A DNA stretch of 32,000 nucleotides from Saccharolobus solfataricus (GCF_900079115.1 NZ_LT549890.1:1320001-1352000); one strand, 5' to 3'. Positions 12,481-23,729 are shown, counted from the stretch's first letter. Notes: generated by a model not told the origin, from the letters alone. A program made the numbers and translations.

Positions 12481-13708
12481 GAGAGTGTCCGGAATGTAAA
12501 AAATTGAATTTTTATTGGCAAGAATAAATTGGTTTCTAGTATTATCTTGGATTAAATTGGAGTAACACTTAAGTTATGGGAGTAGAGGGTAGTACCATGG
12601 CAAGAACATTAAGACACATACCAAACTTGATGTACTACCCTCTTCCCCCAATAGAGGATATGCCGTGGAGGGAAAAATGGTTAACGGAGATCAAGCCCGT
12701 GCTGGACGCCATGGATTTGGAGAGGGTCCTTGGCGAGGGCGCGCTGGTTTACCTGAAGTTGTTAATCGTCATGGTGCTCTATTCCTGCTCCTATAGGGAC
12801 GCGGTGAAAATGGTCAACGTGAACGTGGTCGTGGCCTGGTTCGTGGGGAGGAAGGTGGGGAAGAGCACGCTGCACGACTTCGTGGGCAGGTTGTACGGGG
12901 TGAGGAAGAAGTTGTTGGAGATTTCCTTCAAGCTTGAGGAGAAGTGCCTACCCAGTTACCTCCCTGCGAGCGCGCATCTCGTGGACTTCATGGCGTGGCT
13001 AGTGGACTCCTTCCTACTGGACTTACCTCCTGGGAAGAGGAGCGTGGAGACCTTTCGGGAGAAGGCGGAGCTGGAGAGGAGGGAAGGTAACCTGGAGAGG
13101 GCCAGGAAGCTGCTCTCCCTGGGGAGAACCAAGAGGAGGTTCGAGGGAAGGTGGACCAAGAAGAGAGGGGTCTCGCACTACGGGCTCAAGGCAGTGGCCG
13201 TGATCTCCGTCTCCCTCTTCGTGAGGTCCATCACGGTGAAGCCGGCCAACTTCTCGGACAAGAGGTTCAAGTCACCGCTCAAGGGGATTAAGATCGCGGA
13301 CAGGGGATTCTCTCCCTCCCCGACACAGCTCATAGCGCGGGAGAAGCCCTTCACTACCCTGAGGGCCCACGTGGAGTTCTTCGGCACCTACCTGAACGCG
13401 TTCTGGAGGCCCTACGGGACCACGACCTGGAGGAACGACGTCTTCCTTCACGTCCTGGGAGTGATCTACAACATCAAGATATTCCTCGCGATCCAACGGA
13501 GGACTCCTCCAGAACGTAGAGCCGTTCAGCTCTGAGACGCACCTCCTCGCGATCAGACAACGCTATGCGCGATAGGTAAATCCTCTCGTCTTGATATTTT
13601 TCCATTATAAAGTTTTTCTCGGTGATCCAGGTCCTATCCTTCTGGCAATATTAATATTTATCATTCTGTTTATCTATTCGTTCAGATAATTACATTCCGG
13701 ACACTCTC
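12481..13708 (+). mobile_element. Nested GC-rich insertion sequence of ~1.23 kb (ISC1234-like by size; IS5-like)
   Basis: The inverted repeats are GAGAGTGTCCGGAATGTAA at 12481..12499 and TTACATTCCGGACACTCTC at 13690..13708. Both ends are flanked by ACGT (12477..12480 and 13709..13712). The GC content is visibly much higher than in the surrounding DNA. Confidence 0.8.
12576..13535 (+). CDS. Transposase of the nested IS
   Basis: This 319-aa ORF fills the element and contains a DDE-like segment, KGIKIADRGF. The three antisense ORFs in the track are typical GC-rich shadow frames. Confidence 0.7.
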   Translation: MGVEGSTMARTLRHIPNLMYYPLPPIEDMPWREKWLTEIKPVLDAMDLERVLGEGALVYLKLLIVMVLYSCSYRDAVKMVNVNVVVAWFVGRKVGKSTLHDFVGRLYGVRKKLLEISFKLEEKCLPSYLPASAHLVDFMAWLVDSFLLDLPPGKRSVETFREKAELERREGNLERARKLLSLGRTKRRFEGRWTKKRGVSHYGLKAVAVISVSLFVRSITVKPANFSDKRFKSPLKGIKIADRGFSPSPTQLIAREKPFTTLRAHVEFFGTYLNAFWRPYGTTTWRNDVFLHVLGVIYNIKIFLAIQRRTPPERRAVQL

Positions 13709-13710
13709 AC

Positions 13711-14577
13711 GTGGAGGAGCAGGGAACTGAGGTGATCGAGAAGCTATTAGAGTCCATGAGGAGGATTTCCATGGAGATACTCAAGGGAGTGAAGGAAGTC
13801 GACATCTCCATAGACTGGACAACCAAGACGTGGTATGGTAAGCCGGTGGAGGGACTGGGTAGTTCAGCCAAGGGGAACTCGTGGAACTACGCTACCGCGA
13901 CCACGAAGTATCAGAATATGGTGCTCCTCCTAGCTTTCGTTCCCCAAGTTAACGGGATGAGCAAGGATGAGATCGTGAAGCTTCTCATGGAGCAAATTGT
14001 GGGAATGGGCCTCAAGGTGGGGCTCGTAACCTTGGACGCGGGATTCTACACCGTGGAAGTCCTCAAGTTCATATCGCAGTTCAAGTTCGTGATAGGAGTC
14101 CCTGTGGGGGACGTGAAGATCTACGAGGAGTTCGACGGAGAGTACACGACAAACAGTAAGAGGTATAAGAAGGAAGAGCAGGTCAAGTTCAGACTCCTGG
14201 TGTATGGTAAGGAAATCGTTAAGAAGAGGAAGAAGACCGTGGTGTACTTCGCGAGGGCGACCAACCTCGACCTACCCAAGAGGGAAGTGCTGAAGTTGTA
14301 CAACAAGGTTAGGAGTCCCATTGAGACGTCTTACAGGAACATCAAGGCCTTCCTTCCCTTCACGAGCTCCACCAAGTTCATCTTCCGCGAGTTGATCTTC
14401 GTGCTGGCCATGATCTTCTACTCGCTTTACACCGTGTTTAAGAACGTCATGACAAGAGAGGAGTTTAGATTGCTGCTCATCCTCTGCTTTCTAGACGATT
14501 TATCTGATCTAAAGGATTTTATATTTAATCTTGAGGAAACACTTATTAATACTATAGATTTATTTTTATGGAGGTGA
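13711..14577 (+). pseudogene. C-terminal fragment of the outer-IS DDE transposase
   Basis: EEQGTEVIEKLL...VGLVTLDAGFYTVEVLKF contains the DDE D motif. It is in frame with 12251..12480 after removal of the nested IS, which restores a roughly 365-aa protein. Confidence 0.75.
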
Positions 14578-14646
14578 TTTTGGGTCTACCGTATCTAGGC
14601 GAGGAAGTGTATTAGTTTATAAGTCACTTTCTTATTCATTTCAACT

Positions 14647-15180
14647 ATGGTAAAGCTAGTCGCAACTTTGGGTAAGTCTCCGGGAGGGATAGCTGAGACT
14701 TTGGATAATTTGATCTCTGGAAATTACGTAGCTCCTTTTGAGGCTAAGCAAATCAAGGTTAATGAGCTTGTCGTAATAAGGACTGAAGAGGTGACTGAGA
14801 GCTATTATTTCCTGAAAACTATTCTTCTATGTTGTTTGGATTTCACTAACGTTAAGGAAGTGTCGTTACCGTTTGACGATATTTCCTTTCCCCAAGATTT
14901 CATAACTGTTAGGGAAACTGTTAGGAAGGTTTTGAGTACTGGAGATTATTTGGACTTCTCTGGAGGAAGAAAGGCAATTACGGCAGCTGCAGTATTGACA
15001 GCAAGGGATGTTGGGGCTCACTTGGTTACAACTATTATTGATCAAGACGATTACATTAGAATGAATAAGAGGTATGAGGAACTGAAGGGTAAGGCATTGT
15101 CAGTTTATAACAAGGGGCAGTGTCTAAGTTACTTCTGCGATTTGATGTCGTCTAAGGCTAAGACTATAATATTTTTCTAA
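14647..15180 (+). CDS. Small CARF-only protein, Crn1-like candidate ring nuclease (Sso2081/Sso1393 type)
   Basis: The ORF is 177 aa. The pattern MVKLVATLGKSPGG...GDYLDFSGGRKAIT...TIIDQDD closely follows the pattern I recall for S. solfataricus Sso2081. The CARF loops TLGxSPGG and SGGRK are present. A TATA-like AGTTTATAAG lies about 25 nt upstream of the ATG. Confidence 0.65.
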   Translation: MVKLVATLGKSPGGIAETLDNLISGNYVAPFEAKQIKVNELVVIRTEEVTESYYFLKTILLCCLDFTNVKEVSLPFDDISFPQDFITVRETVRKVLSTGDYLDFSGGRKAITAAAVLTARDVGAHLVTTIIDQDDYIRMNKRYEELKGKALSVYNKGQCLSYFCDLMSSKAKTIIFF

Positions 15181-15523
15181 AAATAGAAATATTAGATATA
15201 ATGGCAGCAAGAAAGGATGGTCTATCGCTAGATTTTAGTACGTTCTTGGATCCATATAGGGAGAAATACAGCGTATATTCATAAGCGTTAATTCCTTGAA
15301 AGCTCTGTTTGAGGTTTCACGTAATATTTGAAAAGGGCTACTATTATAGCTGATAGTCGTATTGTTAGATATGCAAAGGAAAAAATTGGCGTAATACAAT
15401 TTGAAAAGAATTTGGTAAAGAGGTAAGTGGTTTTCAAAGTGTTGGAAAAATAGCGCTAAGACAGAGTGTAATACGGTGTACTTTTTTAGCGTACCAGGAT
15501 TTTTTGAGTTGATCTGTTGACTT

Positions 15524-15638
15524 ATACTTCCTTAGACTTTAAAGGTCAAGGTCAGCATAAGTCAAATAATAAGTTATGAGTTCAAACGTGATGATTATCC
15601 AAATTTTACCTTACCCTTTTATAACTTAATCAAGTATA
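15524..15638 (+). mobile_element. MITE, family 1 (~115 bp, ISC1078-type termini), copy 1
   Basis: It starts TATACTTCCTTAGACTTTAAAGG, against the ISC1078 terminus TATACTTCGTCAGACTTTAAAGG, and ends ...CAAGTATA. It is roughly 90 percent identical to the reverse complement of 21389..21502. Confidence 0.8.
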
Positions 15639-15693
15639 AATTGTTACAATGTTTTAACTTTTCTCATAATATTATTACGAAAAGTCCTTTTTA

Positions 15694-15718
15694 CTTCAAT
15701 TCCTTTTATCCTTTAATC
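15694..15718 (+). repeat. Orphan degenerate CRISPR repeat in the promoter region of the interference operon
   Basis: CTTCAATTCCTTTTATCCTTTAATC compares with the array-B plus-strand repeat CTTTCAATTCCTTTTAGGATTAATC. The 15-nt core CTTCAATTCCTTTTA is exact and a TTAATC tail is present. It lies 200 nt upstream of csa5. Confidence 0.55.
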
Positions 15719-15912
15719 AAGGTTTGTTTTACTACTTGATGTTGTATATGTTATTTAATGAACTTATGAGGCTTATGTAAATATTTTATCTGTACTTTTT
15801 CGCATATTAGGAAAAATAACGTAACGTAATTATCGCAACATGTGAAGTTTCTTTTCGTAATACAAAACGTTTAAATAATAGGCAATATTTAAATATTGGA
15901 AAATACAAATGA

Positions 15913-16407
<495 letters not shown>

Positions 16408-16408
16408 T

Positions 16409-17344
16409 ATGTGGATATCCTTCTCCGTTAGGTATTTGGTAAACGTAGAAGATCTAAATAACGTAGAGTCTGCAGGGAACTACGTAAGGCATAGGAGAGC
16501 TCCATTAGTTTTTAAGGATAAAGACTCCTACACGGTAACATATGTGCCAGCAGTTAGTGGAGAAATGATAGCACATGGGTATCAAATGAATCTAGTCGAA
16601 CTAGCGCTTCAAAGAAATCTACCAGTAGATAGTTTAGCTAAGCAGGGAATATTGATAAAGAGGGGTTCTGATGATAAGGTTCATGAAGGCACTAAATGCA
16701 CTGATGAAAAAGGGTCGGATTACGAACTCTGCGTCATTAATGAGGATATAGTCGAGGATGTTGCTGGATTCATGAATCCAAACAAGCTAGTTAAGAGAAC
16801 TTCAAATGTAGCCTTTAGTTACATGGTTCCTGCAATAGATGCAGTTAAAGCTTCAACAATATCTTCCCAATTTCACGTTAGGTATGCTAATAAAGAACTA
16901 ATGGACAAATACAAGAACGAGAACATTCAATCCCTATATAATATCGAAACAGCGAGCGCATCGTATGTACTTACGGGTTACTTGAACGTTAACAGTGTAG
17001 GAAAGACACAAAACTATCCGGTAAAAGAAGTTGATAAGAAAAAGGATAGGGAAAAGGCTGCATTAGATGCCTTAATGTTAACTTTAACGCAATTCCTATT
17101 TGGCGCAAAGTTGACTAGATTTAAGCCCATAGTGGAGATAGAGGCCTTATTTGTTAGCGCTTCAGAGAAGCCTTTCAATCTACCACCCGTAACTGGAGAC
17201 ATTAAGAAATACATAGACCTTGTTAACTCTACAACGGATTCCTTCGCTAAAATTTTGAATATTAAACGGCCCGTAGTAAAGTACTATCTAAAGGAGGAGA
17301 AAGGTAACGTCAATACGCCAATAGATGCGTTTACGGTAATGTAA
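16409..17344 (+). CDS. cas7: Cas7 (Csa2), type I-A backbone subunit
   Basis: MWISFSVRYLVNVEDLNNVESAGNYVRHRRAPLV matches the conserved Csa2 N-terminus (compare Sso1442, MISGSVRFLVNLESLNGVESIGN..KHRTAP, as I recall it). I use the ATG at 16409 rather than the track's TTG at 16388. Confidence 0.85.
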   Translation: MWISFSVRYLVNVEDLNNVESAGNYVRHRRAPLVFKDKDSYTVTYVPAVSGEMIAHGYQMNLVELALQRNLPVDSLAKQGILIKRGSDDKVHEGTKCTDEKGSDYELCVINEDIVEDVAGFMNPNKLVKRTSNVAFSYMVPAIDAVKASTISSQFHVRYANKELMDKYKNENIQSLYNIETASASYVLTGYLNVNSVGKTQNYPVKEVDKKKDREKAALDALMLTLTQFLFGAKLTRFKPIVEIEALFVSASEKPFNLPPVTGDIKKYIDLVNSTTDSFAKILNIKRPVVKYYLKEEKGNVNTPIDAFTVM

Positions 17345-18136
17345 ATGAAAGGTGTTGTTATTTTCGGTATTCACCATTGGGGTTTTTCAGTTAGAGTTCC
17401 CAGAACTTCCGCAGGTGGAAGTTCTTATATTGTTCCTCCCATAACGACTATTTTGGGTGCGTTAAGTAGAGGTTACTGTAGTGATTACGCTGTTAAGAAC
17501 AACGTTTCTTGTACTAAGGAGTTCATAGATAAATTCTCATCTGATCTCTTCTGGGTTACTTACGGTACTGAGGAACATATGCTAATGCCCTATTCAGATC
17601 TCTTGAGGGAGGAGAGAGTACCATATAGACAGTCAAAGAATAGAAGTTTGGATCACGTAAGTGATTGGTTTGGAGTTTCAGCATTTGGAAAAGTTTACTG
17701 TGAAAACGTAAATTTTAGTATATTATTGCTACTGAACAAGGAAAATTCCGAATTCTGGAGTAAATTGGGTTGGCAAATAATATCATTAGGCACAAAGGAG
17801 TCGTTAGTTACAATAACTGATGTAAAGGTAGTTGACGTAGAGGAAAGTAGTGATGAGGATATTTATACGATATACTATATACCGGCAGAATGTTTAACAA
17901 ATACAGAAGAGTTTGAAGTAGTGAACATGCCCGTAAAGAGCGTGTATGAGCTTTCCAGTAAGCCGAGTATTGGAGTTTTCTCAAATTTCTTAGTCCCAAG
18001 GAAGACTCCATTTATAGGAGGAAAGGTAAAGGTTAAGAAGAGTAACGTGAGAGGAGACATATGCAAGGTTTATAAAATGGCTGATAAATACGTGATAACC
18101 TTTAAGGAGGGATTAGAGAAATGGTATTCAAAATAA
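17345..18136 (+). CDS. cas5: Cas5a
   Basis: The N-terminus GIHHWGFSVRVPRTSAGGSSYIVPPITTILGALSRGY is the typical Cas5 signature (P-P-x-S/T-x-x-G-A-L). The ATG immediately follows the cas7 stop. Confidence 0.8.
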   Translation: MKGVVIFGIHHWGFSVRVPRTSAGGSSYIVPPITTILGALSRGYCSDYAVKNNVSCTKEFIDKFSSDLFWVTYGTEEHMLMPYSDLLREERVPYRQSKNRSLDHVSDWFGVSAFGKVYCENVNFSILLLLNKENSEFWSKLGWQIISLGTKESLVTITDVKVVDVEESSDEDIYTIYYIPAECLTNTEEFEVVNMPVKSVYELSSKPSIGVFSNFLVPRKTPFIGGKVKVKKSNVRGDICKVYKMADKYVITFKEGLEKWYSK

Positions 18137-19092
18137 ATCTTCCACCTGAGGGATTATTTGCTAGAAGTCTAGTAATAAGTGAACTATTAGGTTTAAATAA
18201 CGTTGGGATTAGCATAGATAATGATGTAGTAAACATAGAAAGGAAAGAAGAGTTTAAGGACAATTTGAAGAATGAATTGAGCCAATTTAAACTCGTATTC
18301 AATAAGCTAAAGACGTATAAAAAGAACTACGCAAACGAAGTAAACCTTGCAGAGAAGGTCTTCAACGGTGATGTTGAGGAGTTCTTTAAAGAGGATAAAG
18401 AAGAATACTTTTTACCTTTAATTTTCCCAGAAATCATGGAGGCTGAAAAGTGGTTCGGAGGCTGGAGTGGGAGTGGAAAAGGATCTAAAAGAACTATTGG
18501 AGTTAACAGACAGTCCTTTATTCTGTCACTATTGAGTTTAGGAAAATATCAACTAGTTAGCTATAGGGCAGCTAAAGAACAAGTCACGGTTTTAGCTTTA
18601 GTAGATACCACTGTGATGTCGGATATGTGTAAACCCTCTAAGAAAAAAGAGCTCAGAGTCCAATCAAATTTAATAGCTCAACTATCTCACATTAGTAGAT
18701 TGCTTATATTCTCAACTATATTGGATGAGCAAGGTTGTCAAGAAGTCCTCTTATTAAAAGAGGGAACACATAGAGCGGAAATATACGAGAGAAATTCGCA
18801 CACCTCTTTAAGGCCATTAATTCGCTTCTGGACTTTAGTGGATGATGATAGTGTGGAGAGGAGGATCACTAGTCTAGCTAACCAATCTCCGGACTCACTT
18901 AACAAGGTATCAAATTACATCTTTGAGGGAATTAGGGGTACGTTATCACCGGTAGAAGTAGCATACATGATTGCTAGGGAGACGTATTTGAAGGAAGAGC
19001 AATCACCTCTAACTTCATGGGATGTGAAGAAAATAAGAGAGGCATTAGAAAGGATGAGAGTCGAGATGGAGGAGGTATACTCATCCACATGA
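18121..19092 (+). CDS. cas8a2: Probable Cas8a2/Csa4 large subunit
   Basis: This 323-aa ORF overlaps the cas5 end by 16 nt and shares an ATGA overlap with cas3'. Its size and placement within the I-A operon fit Csa4/Cas8a2. I did not confirm any family motif by eye. Confidence 0.5.
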   Translation: MVFKINLPPEGLFARSLVISELLGLNNVGISIDNDVVNIERKEEFKDNLKNELSQFKLVFNKLKTYKKNYANEVNLAEKVFNGDVEEFFKEDKEEYFLPLIFPEIMEAEKWFGGWSGSGKGSKRTIGVNRQSFILSLLSLGKYQLVSYRAAKEQVTVLALVDTTVMSDMCKPSKKKELRVQSNLIAQLSHISRLLIFSTILDEQGCQEVLLLKEGTHRAEIYERNSHTSLRPLIRFWTLVDDDSVERRITSLANQSPDSLNKVSNYIFEGIRGTLSPVEVAYMIARETYLKEEQSPLTSWDVKKIREALERMRVEMEEVYSST

Positions 19093-20735
19093 GGAAAGGG
19101 ATACAGAAAGTCTTGGACATTCTCAACTGTCGTGATAATTCAATTTATTATGAATGTGAAGACGTGAACTTCATTCTAACGTTCCCAACTGGTTACGGAA
19201 AAACCACGCTTTCTTTGGAAATCGTCCGAATGATTGACCTAAAGCCCACCCAAAACTTCAGTAGGTTAATTCACGTTGTTCCTACTAGGTCGTTGGCAAA
19301 GGATATTCAGAATTCAGCTTGTGAAAGAGGATTAGGATTTGCAGTTCAATACTCCTTCACTCCCTCTCACATAAAATCCCCACTTTTCTTAGCAAAGTTC
19401 ATCATAACGACTTACGATTCGTTCTTACTAAACTTGTATAAGGCGTCAATAGGAGAGCCTTTCTCATATCACGGTCATTACGATTTGCCCAGATTTGGAA
19501 TATACACTTCTCTAGTACACTTCGATGAATTCCACTTAATGAATGAGGGAAATTCATGGACCTCTCTGTTAGGGGCAGTTAGGCACTTATCTAAAGTGGG
19601 AGTGAATATGATACTCTCATCAGCTACGCCCAGTAAGAGCGTGGAGGAGGAATTAATCAGAATGATGGAGAACCGGAAAGTAGTTAGATTGGCAGTTGTA
19701 AACGAGTACGGCGAATCTGTGAAAAATAGGAATTGTGTGAAAGTGAGTGAAGGTTACTATGAGTGTGAAGTGGGAAGCGTGAAGTATACTAGCGTAGAGG
19801 TAGAGGATAAGATAAATGCCCCTGATATAAACATCAATTTTCTTGATAAAGAGGATGATGTATTAGGAGTAGTTAGGAGAAACAAGGATAAGAAAATTAT
19901 GGTCATAGTGAACACTGTTGATAAGGCAATTACGCTCTACGAAAAGTTAAGGGATTTGTCTCCTTGCTTAATACACTCGAGGTTTAAGATAGGTGATAGG
20001 GATGAGAAGTTGAGAAAGGAGTGTAATATTATAATTGCAACTCAAGTCATTGAGGTTGGCGTTAACATTTCCTCTGAGGTGATGATAACTGAACAAGCTC
20101 CAATAACCTCTATTGTACAGAGAGTTGGTAGGCTATTAAGAGATAACAAAAAGGATAAGGGGGAACTTTACATATGGAAGAGCGGGAATTATTATCCCTA
20201 CGACAAAGATGAAGTTGAAAACACTATTAAGGAGTTGGAAAGTAAGAAAAACGACATATCCTTAAAGGTACCTTCAAGTTACGGAGAAATTGTAGATAGA
20301 GTTATAAAGCCTCCAAGAGGAGACCCTGATTTATTAAGAGAGTTAGATAATATAGCGGAGAACTTATTCGCAACTAGAGAGGACTTAGAAAAATTACTTG
20401 ATAAGTACTGTACTTTAACTAACTCATATGTTATAAACGTAGCGTATGATACGCCAGCTTCAGAGAGGGATCTGATTCCACTTGACGGAGATTTGGCACT
20501 TAAAATAGCTATTAAGGGTAACGATTGTGTCTACGCTTACGTAGAGGAATACAAGCCGGAGAGAAAGGTAGCGGTTGATAAGGTAAATGTAAGGGAAACT
20601 TGTGTTGAAATAGCAAAACCTTGTAGAGATTATAGGAAAGTCTTTTATGATGGAGATAAACGCTATATAATATACGCACTGAAGATAGATAAAGAACTTT
20701 ACGATGAGGAAACTGGGTTGAGGTTGAGGAAATGA
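19089..20735 (+). CDS. cas3: Cas3' superfamily-2 helicase
   Basis: The helicase motifs are FPTGYGKT (Walker A), FDEFH (DExH), SSAT (motif III) and QRVGRLLR (motif VI). The start is set at ATG 19089, which overlaps the upstream stop as ATGA and gives 548 aa. Confidence 0.9.
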   Translation: MRKGIQKVLDILNCRDNSIYYECEDVNFILTFPTGYGKTTLSLEIVRMIDLKPTQNFSRLIHVVPTRSLAKDIQNSACERGLGFAVQYSFTPSHIKSPLFLAKFIITTYDSFLLNLYKASIGEPFSYHGHYDLPRFGIYTSLVHFDEFHLMNEGNSWTSLLGAVRHLSKVGVNMILSSATPSKSVEEELIRMMENRKVVRLAVVNEYGESVKNRNCVKVSEGYYECEVGSVKYTSVEVEDKINAPDININFLDKEDDVLGVVRRNKDKKIMVIVNTVDKAITLYEKLRDLSPCLIHSRFKIGDRDEKLRKECNIIIATQVIEVGVNISSEVMITEQAPITSIVQRVGRLLRDNKKDKGELYIWKSGNYYPYDKDEVENTIKELESKKNDISLKVPSSYGEIVDRVIKPPRGDPDLLRELDNIAENLFATREDLEKLLDKYCTLTNSYVINVAYDTPASERDLIPLDGDLALKIAIKGNDCVYAYVEEYKPERKVAVDKVNVRETCVEIAKPCRDYRKVFYDGDKRYIIYALKIDKELYDEETGLRLRK

Positions 20736-21376
20736 CTTGTTGGGCATTTTACGGAATGGAAACTTTCAAACAACACAGTTTAGGTATACTCAATTTCTTT
20801 AGGGATAACTTCTCCTATATCATTCCAATTATATCATACAGGACTGGGATCGATAAGGAAACGGTGAGGAAGAGCGTGGAGATAGGCGTTTCCCTTCACG
20901 ACATAGGTAAAACGTCTAAATACTATGATATGAGCTATTTCGGCCACGAATTTTACAGTGGGTATCTCGTTTACAAGATCCTACGAGAGTGTTGTGATTC
21001 AGAACTAAAACCGTTAATTGCACTGGCTGCAATGAGCCATCACCAAGGGATGGAGGGTAGAACGTTAAACGAGATGATCTTGAAGGGGAATTACACGAGG
21101 ATTCCTTCATTTTACGAGTTGAGGGAAGAATGTAGAAATGATATCGTGGAAATACTAGGAGAAATTGGTGTGAAAGTAAAGGATTTCCCTCAAAAGGTTA
21201 CTAGAAGTGACGTCAAGAGTTGGTTTCAAAAGTTGAACATTAAGTGGAAAAACTTATACGTTATAATCCTTGGACCGTTAATGATATCTGACACAGTTGT
21301 AGCTAACAAGAATAGGGGAGGGGATCAGTACAACAAAATAATAGAGGAATATGAGAAGTGGATAAACGTTAAATAA
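20732..21376 (+). CDS. cas3: Cas3'' HD nuclease
   Basis: The ORF is 214 aa with HD-domain motifs SLHDIGK, GHEFYSGY and AMSHHQG. It shares an ATGA overlap with cas3'. Confidence 0.85.
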   Translation: MTCWAFYGMETFKQHSLGILNFFRDNFSYIIPIISYRTGIDKETVRKSVEIGVSLHDIGKTSKYYDMSYFGHEFYSGYLVYKILRECCDSELKPLIALAAMSHHQGMEGRTLNEMILKGNYTRIPSFYELREECRNDIVEILGEIGVKVKDFPQKVTRSDVKSWFQKLNIKWKNLYVIILGPLMISDTVVANKNRGGDQYNKIIEEYEKWINVK

Positions 21377-21388
21377 TCGATTAGTTTT

Positions 21389-21502
21389 TTATACTTGCTT
21401 AAGTTATAAAGGGCAAGGTAAAATTGGATAATGATCATATTTGAACTCATAACTTATGACTTGATTTATGCTGACCTTAACCTTTAAAGTCTAAGGAAGT
21501 AT
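21389..21502 (-). mobile_element. MITE, family 1, copy 2 (inverted relative to copy 1)
   Basis: Its reverse complement aligns end to end with 15524..15638. It sits in the 156-nt gap between the convergent cas3'' and cas2 genes. Confidence 0.8.
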
Positions 21503-21532
21503 AAAATCTACTAACCATGAAACTGAATCCCA

Positions 21533-22742
<1,210 letters not shown>

Positions 22743-22943
22743 AGGTAAATTTGGTATTACCTCTTTAAAAATAGTTATGAGGAGTTCAAGACTATAATTT
22801 AGGTATACATTTCTCCTTTGTTTTGGTTTTCGGCAGATACAGTCACAGTTCCGTTTATAACACCTTGAAAACTCTCTCTGTGATACCTTATGAACCACTA
22901 TTTCGAGTTAAGTTTAAAGTTACGTTAATCCATTTAATATACT
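22743..22943. promoter_or_regulatory. Divergent cas1-cas2 / cas6 promoter region
   Basis: This 200-bp AT-rich gap has TATA-like boxes at leaderless-type spacing. CTATTTTTAAAG on the minus strand lies before cas1, and GTTTAAAG/ATTTAATATA on the plus strand lie before the cas6 GTG. Confidence 0.5.
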
Positions 22944-23729
22944 GTGATTTACACACTTACATTTCGATTAAAACCCTCAAATGACGTAATTATTCCACCC
23001 TTCTCTTCTAAGCTCAGTAGGACGTTATTCTTATCCTTTTCCCCCACGTACTCGAAGATTATAGAGAGCAAGGAGCCGAACAAACCCTTGAGGATAACTG
23101 TTGTAAAGGACCAAGGCAAACCCTTGTACTCAAATGGGAAGAGTAAAGTGGTGCTAAAGGCAGAGAACACCTACACTTTTATCGTAAACACTCTATTGGA
23201 GGATGTGGTAAAGGAGGTAATAAGGGTTGAGAGTGTCAATAGGGAAATTTATAACACTAGTTTTCACGTAGAGTTGGTGAACGTTTCAGTAAAGGAAAAC
23301 GTCATGGCAGAGGACGCCAGATTTTACAGAGTTCACTTCAAGACGCCTACGCTTTTACAACCCCCTAGGCCTAGGATGAAAAGAAAAGAGAACAGATACG
23401 TGTTATTCCCTTACGTTCCACTCCTCTTCTACTCTATAGCCTCCCACTGGAATAGATATATGGATAAGAAGATCGTTGGAGTTACTGGTAGTAAGACGTT
23501 ATACTACTTTAGAGAGGTGAACTATAGGATAAGACCTATGACTGCTTATTACGGAAACATACCCAATAAGGGGTTTGTGGGATGGGTTGTGTTTGAGTTG
23601 AGTGCTAGAAAAGGCAGTAAGATAAGGGAGAACATTAGGAGGCTATTGGATTACGTAAATTACTTCGGCGTGGGAAAGAGTAGGAACATTGGCTTTGGAG
23701 AGGTAGAAGTAAAATCACTTAATGGTTAA
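22944..23729 (+). CDS. cas6: Cas6 crRNA endoribonuclease
   Basis: The ORF is 261 aa. The C-terminal glycine-rich loop [17 protein letters not shown] is diagnostic of Cas6. It has a GTG start and ends 56 nt before the terminal repeat of array B. Confidence 0.85.
   Translation: MIYTLTFRLKPSNDVIIPPFSSKLSRTLFLSFSPTYSKIIESKEPNKPLRITVVKDQGKPLYSNGKSKVVLKAENTYTFIVNTLLEDVVKEVIRVESVNREIYNTSFHVELVNVSVKENVMAEDARFYRVHFKTPTLLQPPRPRMKRKENRYVLFPYVPLLFYSIASHWNRYMDKKIVGVTGSKTLYYFREVNYRIRPMTAYYGNIPNKGFVGWVVFELSARKGSKIRENIRRLLDYVNYFGVGKSRNIGFGEVEVKSLNG

Larger units (their letters stand above)
12135..14591 (+). mobile_element. Insertion sequence (ISC1225-like by size) carrying a second IS nested inside its transposase gene
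   Basis: The inverted repeats are CGGTAGACCCAAAATCA at 12135..12151 and its reverse complement at 14575..14591. They are flanked by a direct TATCT at 12130..12134 and 14592..14596. The total of 2457 bp minus the 1232-bp nested insert (element plus 4-bp duplication) gives 1225 bp. Confidence 0.8.

Noticed and set aside
12956-13496. Three minus-strand ORFs (12956..13159, 13178..13387, 13272..13496) inside the nested IS
   Set aside because: They are shadow frames opposite the 319-aa transposase in a GC-rich segment where stop codons are rare. They are Pro/Arg/Ser-rich with low complexity.
17808-18302. Short minus-strand ORFs inside cas5/cas8a2 and similar ones in cas7, cas3' and cas3'' (17014..17214, 20460..20747, 20916..21110)
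   Set aside because: All are antisense to longer ORFs that have Cas motifs and tight operon coupling. They are shadow frames.
22743-22898. A 52-codon Cys-rich N-terminal extension of Cas1 (MVHKVSQREFSRCYKRNCDCICRKPKQRR...)
   Set aside because: The canonical Cas1 N-terminus begins at the internal Met (22742), which has a well-placed TATA box about 26 nt upstream. The extension overlaps the AT-rich divergent promoter and has no known Cas1 counterpart.
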